This document shows positions 14,640 through 21,736 of a stretch of 33,451 nt of DNA, one piece after another. Source of the DNA: an uncultured Candidatus Saccharibacteria bacterium (lineage in GTDB: Bacteria > Patescibacteriota > Doudnabacteria > UBA920); assembly GCA_964650345.1 (NCBI GenBank), contig CAZYSI010000005.1:1-33451 (forward strand). Direction: 5' to 3'. A program made the position numbers and the translations under genes. The notes under the pieces are model-generated. The model saw nothing but the letters and a program-made list of their open reading frames with translations, was not told where the DNA came from and did not search any database. The stretch's first letter is position 1. Each line of letters begins with the position of its first letter.

Positions 14640-14648
14640 TGCTAAAAT
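14640..14648 (+). promoter_or_regulatory. extended -10 promoter (TGCTAAAAT), 6 nt from ATG 14655; leaderless candidate
   Basis: TGCTAAAAT, then agagga, then ATG. The purine-rich hexamer directly abuts the ATG, which is too close to act as an SD. Confidence 0.45.
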
Positions 14649-14654
14649 AGAGGA

Positions 14655-15671
14655 ATGAAACTATTAGTTACCGGTGGAGCCGGTTTTATTGGCTCTAATT
14701 TTGTCCACTATTGGCGCAAGAATCATCCTGATGATGAGATTGTGGTTTTGGACAAACTCACCTATGCCGGAAACAAAGCTAACCTCGACCCCCACCTTGA
14801 GGCAATTGAATTTATTGAGGGCGATATTACTGATCCCGAAGTAGTGCGCAAGGCTATGGCTGGTGCAGATTGCGTAGTGCATTTTGCTGCGGAGACCCAT
14901 GTAGACCGGAGCATTCACGATCCGTTTGTTTTCTCCCGTACTAATGTAATGGGTACACATGTACTTTTGGAAGTGGCGCGAGAATTAGGGATTAAAAAAT
15001 TTCATCATATTTCAACTGATGAGGTCTTTGGACATATTCCTCTGGAAGAAGATTGGAAGTTCCATTCAGAGAGCCGTTATGAACCTAACAGCCCCTACTC
15101 TGCCAGCAAAGCTGCAAGCGACCATATGGTTCGGGCTTACCATAAAACCTATAACTTACCAATTACCATTAGTAACTGTAGTAATAACTTTGGGCCATAC
15201 ATGTACCCGGAAAAATTTATACCGCGTTCAATTATCCGGCTTCTTAATGGCCAGAACATTAGATTGTATACCCCAGGAAACCAAGTAAGGGATTGGCTGC
15301 ATGTGAACGACCACTGCCGTGCCATTGACTTAATCCTTCAGAATGGCCAAGTGGGAAAAACTTACACCATTGGTGGAATGGCAAACGGCATTAGTAACAC
15401 CGAAGTCGCTAAATTGATTTTAAAGCTAATGAACTTGCCGGAGTCACGCATTGAATACGTTACCGACCGGCCAGCACACGACCAAAAATACGATGTCGAC
15501 TGGACAGTAATCAACAAAGAGCTTGGTTGGGAACCAAAACACAGCTTTGAAGAATGGTTGAAACAAACAATTGACTGGTACTTGAATAACGAGGCTTGGT
15601 GGAAGCCGCTCGCAGAAGAAAGTGAAGCATTTTACACTATGCGTGGCGAAGCAGTTGTCGATAAAAAATAA
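14655..15671 (+). CDS. rfbB: dTDP-glucose 4,6-dehydratase
   Basis: MKLLVTGGAGFIGSNF Rossmann motif, catalytic YSASKAASD, and full-length similarity to RmlB as I recall it (TYAGN, HFAAETHVDRSI). Confidence 0.93.
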   Translation: MKLLVTGGAGFIGSNFVHYWRKNHPDDEIVVLDKLTYAGNKANLDPHLEAIEFIEGDITDPEVVRKAMAGADCVVHFAAETHVDRSIHDPFVFSRTNVMGTHVLLEVARELGIKKFHHISTDEVFGHIPLEEDWKFHSESRYEPNSPYSASKAASDHMVRAYHKTYNLPITISNCSNNFGPYMYPEKFIPRSIIRLLNGQNIRLYTPGNQVRDWLHVNDHCRAIDLILQNGQVGKTYTIGGMANGISNTEVAKLILKLMNLPESRIEYVTDRPAHDQKYDVDWTVINKELGWEPKHSFEEWLKQTIDWYLNNEAWWKPLAEESEAFYTMRGEAVVDKK

Positions 15672-15709
15672 TTAAATTATTAAATTAATCTTAAATTTAA
15701 AATTACTTT

Positions 15710-16618
15710 ATGAAAATTCTAATCTTCGGTAGCGGCCAAATGGGCCAAGCCTATAACGAATACTTCTCTGGTAAAGGCGATGAAGTACATTTAACTAAAG
15801 GAGTCGACATCCGCAATAGCAATCAGGTCACCAAAGCCATTACTGACTTCGGACCAGATTTAGTAATAAACTGTGCTGGTAAAACTAATTTAGACTGGTG
15901 TGAGCAAAACCGTTTGGAATGTTTTGATGTAAATGTGCTAGGAACAGACACTATTGGTGAAGCTTGTCAGAATGCTGGTATTTATCTGGTGCATCTGTCT
16001 AGTGGCTGCGTACAAGAAAGCTTAACCGAAGATATTGTTCACACTGAGGACGATCCCCCGCACCCACTTGCCTATTACTCATGGACAAAAGTTTGGGCAG
16101 ACAACTTACTAATGGAACGGGCTGCTCGCAAAGGATTAAAGGTCTTAATTGTCCGCGGGCGACAACTTATGAGTGTTAATGCCAGTAAGCGTAATGCACT
16201 GACTAAAATGCTGACCTACAACAAATTCATTGACACTCCTAACTCCATGACTATTGTTGAAGATATGGTCGAAGTTACAGACAAGCTAGTAAAACAAAAC
16301 GCCACTGGAGTTTTCAATGTTGTTAATCCAGGAATTATGACCCCGTTCCGATTAGCTAACTTACTAAAAGAATATGTGAAGCCAGATATGAAAGTGGGCA
16401 AGATTAGCAAAGAAGAGCTAAATGCCATGACCTTTGCCACACGCGTGGACTGTGTGCTCGACACAGGCAAACTTAACGCACTCGGTATTGAGTTAGAAGA
16501 AATCGAAGCTCGCCTGCGTCGTCTTCTCCCAGAGTTCAAAGCGAACTTGGAAAAAGCAGCTGAAGTCTTAGCTGAAACCCAGGAAGAAACAGATTACAAA
16601 TTAAACCTTGTAAAATAA
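15710..16618 (+). CDS. NDP-4-keto-6-deoxyhexose reductase, RmlD-fold; resembles bifunctional NRS/ER-type 3,5-epimerase/4-reductases
   Basis: GSGQMG Rossmann motif and YSWTK (YxxxK). The blocks NLDWCEQNRLECFDVNVLGT, FIDTPNSMTIVEDM and GVFNVVNPG closely resemble plant UER1/NRS-ER as I remember it (VDWCE..., DIPNSMTILDE, NFTNPG). Confidence 0.75.
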   Translation: MKILIFGSGQMGQAYNEYFSGKGDEVHLTKGVDIRNSNQVTKAITDFGPDLVINCAGKTNLDWCEQNRLECFDVNVLGTDTIGEACQNAGIYLVHLSSGCVQESLTEDIVHTEDDPPHPLAYYSWTKVWADNLLMERAARKGLKVLIVRGRQLMSVNASKRNALTKMLTYNKFIDTPNSMTIVEDMVEVTDKLVKQNATGVFNVVNPGIMTPFRLANLLKEYVKPDMKVGKISKEELNAMTFATRVDCVLDTGKLNALGIELEEIEARLRRLLPEFKANLEKAAEVLAETQEETDYKLNLVK

Positions 16619-17376
16619 TGAAAGGCATTATCCTCTCTGGTGGATTAGGTACAAGGCTCTATCCCCTAACCAAAGTTACCTCAAAACAGCTCTTGCCGAT
16701 TTACGACAAGCCAATGATTTTCTACCCAATTGAAAAGTTGGTAGAGAGTGGGGTGAAGGAAATTTTAATTATTGTTGCGCCAGACCACTGCGGCGATTAC
16801 ATGCGTGTACTTGGTAGCGGCAAAGAATGGGGTGTAAAGTTCACTTACGAAATCCAGGATAAGCCAGATGGCTTAGCTCAAGCCTTTATTATTGGTGAAA
16901 ACTTCTTAGACGACGGCGACAATGTAACTTTAATCTTGGGGGATAATATTTTTGAGGACTCTATAGCGGATGCAGTTAAAAATTTCCAGTCAGGCGCAAC
17001 TATTTTCGTAAAGGAAGTGCCAGTGGAAGAACGGAGTCGCCTAGGTAATGTTATTTTAGACAAAGAAAATAAAGTGCTGGATATTGAAGAAAAACCTATG
17101 CACCCTAAATCTCCATATGCTCAGACAGGAATATATATTTACGACAAACAAGTTGTAGGTGCAGCCAAACAGCAAAAACCCTCGGCGCGTGGCGAGTTAG
17201 AAATTACTGATCTAAATAATTGGTACCGCGAAAAGGGAATTTTAAAAGCCGAAATTATGCAAGGTGCCTGGATTGATGCCGGCACTATTGAGGCATACCA
17301 CGAAGCTAACGTTTGGCGTCGGAACCAAGCCACAAAGCCAAAACCAGTGAGTTCCCAAACTACTTTTGGGGTTTAA
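16618..17376 (+). CDS. rfbA: glucose-1-phosphate thymidylyltransferase (short form)
   Basis: MKGIILSGGLGTRLYPLTKVTSKQLLPIYDKPMIFYP is almost the canonical RmlA N-terminus. The ATG overlaps the upstream TAA (TAATG). Confidence 0.88.
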   Translation: MKGIILSGGLGTRLYPLTKVTSKQLLPIYDKPMIFYPIEKLVESGVKEILIIVAPDHCGDYMRVLGSGKEWGVKFTYEIQDKPDGLAQAFIIGENFLDDGDNVTLILGDNIFEDSIADAVKNFQSGATIFVKEVPVEERSRLGNVILDKENKVLDIEEKPMHPKSPYAQTGIYIYDKQVVGAAKQQKPSARGELEITDLNNWYREKGILKAEIMQGAWIDAGTIEAYHEANVWRRNQATKPKPVSSQTTFGV

Positions 17377-17394
17377 TAATATCCTAAAAATTCT

Positions 17395-17850
17395 ATGGCT
17401 AGTAAACCCATTCCTTTTAAGGAATACAAAGCAATTTACTCTAGAGTTACTCGCCTAACCGTTGATGTTATTGTTCGCAGTAGCGACGGAGTAATTCTGT
17501 TGCTGCGCAAACACGGAGGCTGGGAAGGGATGTGGCATTTTCCAGGAAGCATGGTGTTATTTAAGGAAAGCTTGGAACAAGCTGTAAAGCGCACTACCAA
17601 AGAAGAAGCTGGTATTGAAGTGGATAATATAAAATTTTTGGAGCACATGGAGTTCCATGATGAAGAAAAAGAACGCGGTTACGGCTACACTATTTCGGCG
17701 GCATTTATGTGCGATATGATTAGTGGAAATTTAGAACATGATGAAGATTCTGGCGATATTCAAGCTCATAAAACCATTCCTGAAAACATAGTTCCTGAGC
17801 ACGCTGATTTGCTAAAAAAATATTGGGACGAAATAAAAACCGCATGGTAG
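17395..17850 (+). CDS. NUDIX hydrolase
   Basis: Has a canonical Nudix box, GSMVLFKESLEQAVKRTTKEEAGI (Gx5Ex7REUxEExGU-like). It is the last gene of the rml operon. Confidence 0.85.
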   Translation: MASKPIPFKEYKAIYSRVTRLTVDVIVRSSDGVILLLRKHGGWEGMWHFPGSMVLFKESLEQAVKRTTKEEAGIEVDNIKFLEHMEFHDEEKERGYGYTISAAFMCDMISGNLEHDEDSGDIQAHKTIPENIVPEHADLLKKYWDEIKTAW

Positions 17851-17858
17851 CGGTTTTT
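17835..17858. terminator. bidirectional rho-independent terminator
   Basis: aaaaaccgc-atggta-gcggttttt. The Nudix stop codon TAG (17848-17850) spans the loop/stem junction (last two loop bases plus the first base of the 3' arm). It lies between convergent genes. Confidence 0.8.
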
Positions 17859-17885
17859 AAAGATAAAATTTTTAGGTAGCTAATG

Positions 17886-18773
17886 CTAGCTGATTGCTTT
17901 ATCTGTTTTAAAGTGGTTAATAATCAACTTCAAGTAGTAACGTGCCCATATCCCAAGATATACCAAACCGTTCATAATAAAGGAGCTCTTGTGTTGGTAA
18001 TGTTTGCGGTAATAAATCCACATGGCGTTATGGAAATGGTACAGAGAAAACTTGGAAACTTTTTTAGATGACTGACCTTTGTAATGATAAGACCAAGTGC
18101 CTGGATAATACCAAACTTTGAACCCAGCTTGACGTGCGCGGCGGCACAGGTCAATGTCTTCACCGTACATAAAAAAGTCTTCGTCAAAACCAACAATTTG
18201 GCGCATGCATTCACGAGTAATCATCATATAAGCTCCTGAGATACAATCGATCTCAGTTTCTTGATCAAAACCCTTGTCGAGAGCATTGTATGCTCCAAAC
18301 AGTTTAGGGAAAATAAACTGTAAACCACTTAAACGATAGAAAGACACCCGTGGGTCTGGTTCACTACGGCGACATGCTAAATCAATACTGCCATCGCCTT
18401 TAATAAGCTTACAACCGGCCATACCAACAATCGGGTGCGATTTCATGAAGTTAATCATGATGTCGAAATTGTCAGACGGAACTTTTGTATCGGGATTAAG
18501 TAGTAATATCTATTCGCCCTTGGCAATTTGAATACCACGGTTATTGCCTTTACCAAAACCTTCATTGGTATTTTCAATCAAAGTGGTTTTAGCAGCAATT
18601 TCTGGATTGCTCAAATACTTTTCGCGAATCATTTCGAGAGTACCATCGCGCGAATCGTTATCGACAATAATCACTTCGTAAGTGTATTTAGTGTCGGAAT
18701 TAAAAACAGCTTCGAGTGTTACGTCGACATTATCTTTGCAGCGGTATGGAACTATAACGATACTTAAATCCAT
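17886..18773 (-). pseudogene. GT2 glycosyltransferase interrupted by one in-frame TAG (18510-18512)
   Basis: The 87-aa (18510-18773) and 190-aa (17886-18458) track ORFs are in the same frame; 888 nt is 296 codons. Translation across the junction reads ...GIQIAKGE-TAG-ILLLNPDTKVPSDNFDIMINFM..., so the TAG sits where GT2 enzymes have the conserved Tyr of the GEY-hydrophobic-NPD block. Confidence 0.8.
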
Positions 18774-18807
18774 ATTGGTAGTGTTAAAATTAATAATTAA
18801 TCAAAGG

Positions 18808-19806
18808 TTAACTTAGCATTGCCTCAAATTCTTCAATTGAAATTTTGCGCGACTTTTTTATGGCCTGGCGTTTCTTCCACATTAATGGAAGTATTTTCAG
18901 TAACTGTGGAACTGCTTTTAATGTAGCAGTTTCGAATAATAAAATATAGCCCAACATGAAGAACTCACGGAAAAAGAAACTCAAATAAAGTCTGGGTGAA
19001 TTCTTTATGAACAAAAAAATGTGGTTTCGGTAATTTAGCTGGCGAATGCGAGCCGGAATACCTTTGTGAAATTTAATAAACGATAGTAGCTTTTTGTAAC
19101 CACCCTTGCTAGAACCGGCAGCGCGGCCGTGCCAGGCAACTGCTTGAGGGACATAAACACACTTCAGCCCAGCGTTAGTCATGCGCATGCCTAAATCGAC
19201 ATCTTCCCAATAGGAATGGAAAGCTTCGTCAAAATATTCACTACGACCTTCGGAGTTAACAAGCTTCACTGCTTCTAACACAGATTTACGATACATTGGC
19301 CCGGCACCGGAAACAGCAAGTACTTTGGTTTTATTATCATACTGACCTTTGTCAACTTCATGCTGACCACGATCCCAACCACGACCACTGCGACTATAAG
19401 CTACGCCAGTGGTATCGATTATGTCTAATGGTTTGTTGTTAACGAAATCATATTTCAATAGTTTACCAGTTGCAGCACCAACTGCTGGATCTTCAAATGC
19501 TTTCAACATTTCCTCGACATAATTTGGGGACATTATTAAATCAGGGTTTACGAGCTGAAAAAATTCTGAATCGCTCTGCTCAAAATATTCATTATGCCCG
19601 CGAGCAAAACCAATGTTATAGCCCGGGTCTATAATTTTTACCTGCGGGAATTTTTCTTGGATCAGTTCCTTGCCACCGTCGTCATTGGCAGAAAAAACAG
19701 CCACCATTTCAATATCTTTATAAGTCTGGTTCAGCGCAGCTGTGAACACTGGTTCTATGAATTTACGGCTGTTATATACTACCTGAATTAACGTTACTTT
19801 TGGCAT
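18808..19806 (-). CDS. GT2 glycosyltransferase (rhamnosyltransferase-like)
   Basis: VTLIQVVYNS, NIGFARGHN, GAGPMYRKSVLE and FHSYWEDVDLGMRM are typical of the GT2 'glycosyltransferase family 2 / rhamnosyltransferase' group. Confidence 0.85.
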   Translation of the reverse strand: MPKVTLIQVVYNSRKFIEPVFTAALNQTYKDIEMVAVFSANDDGGKELIQEKFPQVKIIDPGYNIGFARGHNEYFEQSDSEFFQLVNPDLIMSPNYVEEMLKAFEDPAVGAATGKLLKYDFVNNKPLDIIDTTGVAYSRSGRGWDRGQHEVDKGQYDNKTKVLAVSGAGPMYRKSVLEAVKLVNSEGRSEYFDEAFHSYWEDVDLGMRMTNAGLKCVYVPQAVAWHGRAAGSSKGGYKKLLSFIKFHKGIPARIRQLNYRNHIFLFIKNSPRLYLSFFFREFFMLGYILLFETATLKAVPQLLKILPLMWKKRQAIKKSRKISIEEFEAMLS

Positions 19807-19815
19807 ATTAGTTTG

Positions 19816-19824
19816 ATTATAGCA
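19816..19824 (-). promoter_or_regulatory. extended -10 promoter (TGCTATAAT), 9 nt from ATG 19806; leaderless candidate
   Basis: The reverse complement reads TGCTATAAT, then caaactaat, then ATG, with no SD. Confidence 0.5.
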
Positions 19825-19836
19825 ATTTTCAAGGCA

Positions 19837-19883
19837 TAAAAAAAGCAGGCTTAGGATCTCAGAAATCCTTGCCTGCTAAAAAA
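19837..19883 (-). terminator. rho-independent terminator after the Nudix-like orphan
   Basis: agcaggc..aggat-ctcagaa-atcct..gcctgct (19844-19877). On the minus strand it is followed by TTTTTTTAT. Confidence 0.75.
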
Positions 19884-19911
19884 TTAATTCCGGCTCTACA
19901 AAATTTGGCGC

Positions 19912-20667
19912 TCACCTCGGAATATAAATCCCGGCCATGCACAAGGCCGACAATGAACGTCCGTCGTCGAGTTCACGAAGATTGATCTTCTCACGAATTT
20001 CAGCTGGGCTGAAAAAGTGAACTTTGCCGCCGATAATTTCCAAGTCTTCATGACTCTGGTCGACTTGCTTACCGACGATGCCGTGCACAATCGCTTGGGG
20101 GTGGGCGAAAAAAGTGGGGTTGAAGTTAATGAGGCCTAAAGCCTGAGCCGTTACCAGCTCGAGACCTGCCTCTTCTATGGCTTCGAGCTTTGCAATTTGC
20201 AACGCTTGATCTTGCCAGTCGCCTTTTCGGTCCGTTCCCGCAGGGACTACCCCGGCCGGCAGCTCATACTTCCAACTGCCGAGCGAAGCACATAGCTCTT
20301 CCCATCGCTCCTCGTCGTTGAGAGCTTTGATGTAATTAGCATCGACAGTATCGATTCTATCACCGTTAAAACGAAAGCTCTCGATGAAGCCGATCTTTCC
20401 ACCCATATCGGAAGAAAGCTGTGGAATAACCACTGCTCCCAACTTTTCGACGATCTGCGGTTGATCGTAAATGGCTTTCGGCTCACCATTGATGAGCTTC
20501 TGAACCACTACCCTCAACATTGCATAGCCACCAGGGTTGTACAACCCGCCTTCTCCCTGAGAGGTCTCGAGCCAACCTACAACAGGTTTCCCGAATGGGT
20601 TCTCAGTCGCCAAGTCTGCTCTCTGGAGAAGACGCAATGCTCCGCCAGGATCTTGATTCATCATCAT
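19912..20667 (-). CDS. Nudix-fold (ADP-ribose pyrophosphatase-like) protein with a divergent Nudix box (GC-rich cassette)
   Basis: WKYELPAGVV...AKLEAIEEAGLEL resembles NudF-type ElPAG...REl.EEtG, but Arg-Glu is Leu-Glu and the spacing is off by ~3 residues. GGAGG at 20674-20678 lies 6 nt before a triple ATG. Confidence 0.6.
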   Translation of the reverse strand: MMMNQDPGGALRLLQRADLATENPFGKPVVGWLETSQGEGGLYNPGGYAMLRVVVQKLINGEPKAIYDQPQIVEKLGAVVIPQLSSDMGGKIGFIESFRFNGDRIDTVDANYIKALNDEERWEELCASLGSWKYELPAGVVPAGTDRKGDWQDQALQIAKLEAIEEAGLELVTAQALGLINFNPTFFAHPQAIVHGIVGKQVDQSHEDLEIIGGKVHFFSPAEIREKINLRELDDGRSLSALCMAGIYIPR

Positions 20668-20731
20668 CTAATTCCTCCAAGTTTTGCTACGAACTAACTA
20701 TCAATCTACCCTAAAATTTGGTAGACTTACG

Positions 20732-20760
20732 ATAATATCACATTTCTGACTAATAGTCAA
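20732..20760 (-). promoter_or_regulatory. sigma-70 promoter TTGACT-17-TATTAT
   Basis: The reverse complement has TTGACT (20755-20760), a 17-nt spacer and TATTAT (20732-20737). The ~58-nt leader contains a tctacc/ggtaga hairpin. Confidence 0.55.
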
Positions 20761-20766
20761 GATAAT

Positions 20767-20790
20767 AAAAAACCGCCTCGCGGCGGTTTT
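20767..20790 (-). terminator. rho-independent terminator after rplU
   Basis: aaccgcc-tcgc-ggcggtt. On the minus strand it is followed by TTTTTTATTATC. Confidence 0.8.
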
Positions 20791-20800
20791 CTATATCAAA

Positions 20801-21109
20801 TTAAATTTTGATAATTTCTACTTCAGTATAAGCTTGGCGATGTCCAATCTTGCGGCGATACTTGCTCTTCGGCTTGTACTTCAACACTTCGATTTTCTTA
20901 GCCCGGCCTTGTTTGGTAATTTTTGCTTCAACAGTAGCACCATCTACTGTAGGCTTGCCCAAAGTATAGGCCTTCTCTGAAATAGTAGCTAGGACTTTAT
21001 CGAAAGTGATTTTATCGCCAGCCTTGCCTTCCAATTTTTCAACTTGAATTTTTTCGCCTTTGGCGACTAAATACTGCTTTCCGCCTGTGGCGATAACTGC
21101 AAATGACAT
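20801..21109 (-). CDS. rplU: 50S ribosomal protein L21
   Basis: MSFAVIATGGKQYLVAKGEKIQVEKL...KYRRKIGHRQAYTEVEI is the canonical bL21 sequence pattern. Confidence 0.95.
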   Translation of the reverse strand: MSFAVIATGGKQYLVAKGEKIQVEKLEGKAGDKITFDKVLATISEKAYTLGKPTVDGATVEAKITKQGRAKKIEVLKYKPKSKYRRKIGHRQAYTEVEIIKI

Positions 21110-21144
21110 AGATAATATATAGATAATTAAATAAGTACCCTAGA

Positions 21145-21173
21145 ATTTTAGCGAAACCTAAAGATTTTGTCAA
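21145..21173 (-). promoter_or_regulatory. sigma-70 promoter TTGACA-17-TAAAAT (rplU)
   Basis: The reverse complement has TTGACA (21168-21173), a 17-nt spacer and TAAAAT (21145-21150). Confidence 0.6.
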
Positions 21174-21174
21174 T

Positions 21175-21201
21175 AAAAAGGCCAGACTCGCAAAGCGGGC
21201 C
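21175..21201 (-). terminator. probable terminator after the 142-aa orphan
   Basis: ggcc...cgc-aaa-gcg..ggcc is an imperfect hairpin (21180-21201). On the minus strand it is followed by TTTTTATTG. Confidence 0.45.
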
Positions 21202-21229
21202 TAGCCAGGGAAACAGAGAACGGCGATCG

Positions 21230-21658
21230 TTAAACCCCGTATTTGTGAAGCAGTGTAGAGATATCGTCTAGCCGCTGAAACAGCGACTCGTATTCCTTGC
21301 GATCTTTCCTCACCATCTTTTCCGGCAACATAAGATCGCTATCCTTATACTTCTGGAAGAAATAATTTAGCTTAATGCTAAAACCAGCGATGAGATAGTT
21401 CCGAGCATTGTGCTTGGTGACGTCCTGATTTTTCGGGTCATAATCTTGGTTTTGCGGATCGTCACTGTGCATTTGCAAGGCCATCTCCACGCATTCAACG
21501 TCTAAACTGTAGGCGCACTTCATTAATTCTGTACACCCTTCGACTCCTACTACCACTTCCTCATATATAGGTTTGCTGTGGCGTTTACCACCTAGATCGT
21601 CTTCACACGGCTTTCGTTTTTTGTTCATCTTGTTCTTGATACTCCTAGAAGAGATCAT
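21230..21658 (-). CDS. cytoplasmic orphan protein with a basic N-terminus (GC-elevated cassette)
   Basis: 142-codon ORF. GAGGAGG at 21673-21679 lies 14 nt upstream of ATG 21658; an alternative ATG is at 21628. There is no signal peptide. It contains the small tandem DPQNQDY/DPKNQDV. I recognise no family. Confidence 0.5.
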   Translation of the reverse strand: MISSRSIKNKMNKKRKPCEDDLGGKRHSKPIYEEVVVGVEGCTELMKCAYSLDVECVEMALQMHSDDPQNQDYDPKNQDVTKHNARNYLIAGFSIKLNYFFQKYKDSDLMLPEKMVRKDRKEYESLFQRLDDISTLLHKYGV

Positions 21659-21708
21659 AAGTATCCCGTAATCCTCCTCGAAATAAAATCACACGATGTC
21701 AATTTTAA

Positions 21709-21736
21709 CAAAAAAGTCGCCTTTGGTCAAGCGACT
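21709..21736 (-). terminator. rho-independent terminator overlapping the GT4 stop codon
   Basis: agtcgc-ctttggtcaa-gcgact. On the minus strand it is followed by TTTTTTGTT. The TGA stop (21727-21729) lies in the loop. Confidence 0.6.

Noticed and set aside
10475-21726. Mobile-element hallmarks around the GC-rich cassettes (inverted or direct repeats at the borders, integrase, transposase, tRNA integration site, attC-like sites)
   Set aside because: I found no shared border repeats by eye, no recombinase-like ORF and no tRNA gene. The flanking hairpins are ordinary terminators with unrelated sequences. The islands are therefore reported as compositional anomalies, not as mobile elements.
21727-21729. 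Possibility of an alternative genetic code (UGA recoding as in some CPR lineages, or global TAG reassignment)
   Set aside because: TGA ends the GT4 gene at a position that sits in a terminator loop. TAG ends the Dpm1-like GT2 gene (9728-9730) and the Nudix gene (17848-17850). All conserved enzymes translate at full length under the standard code.
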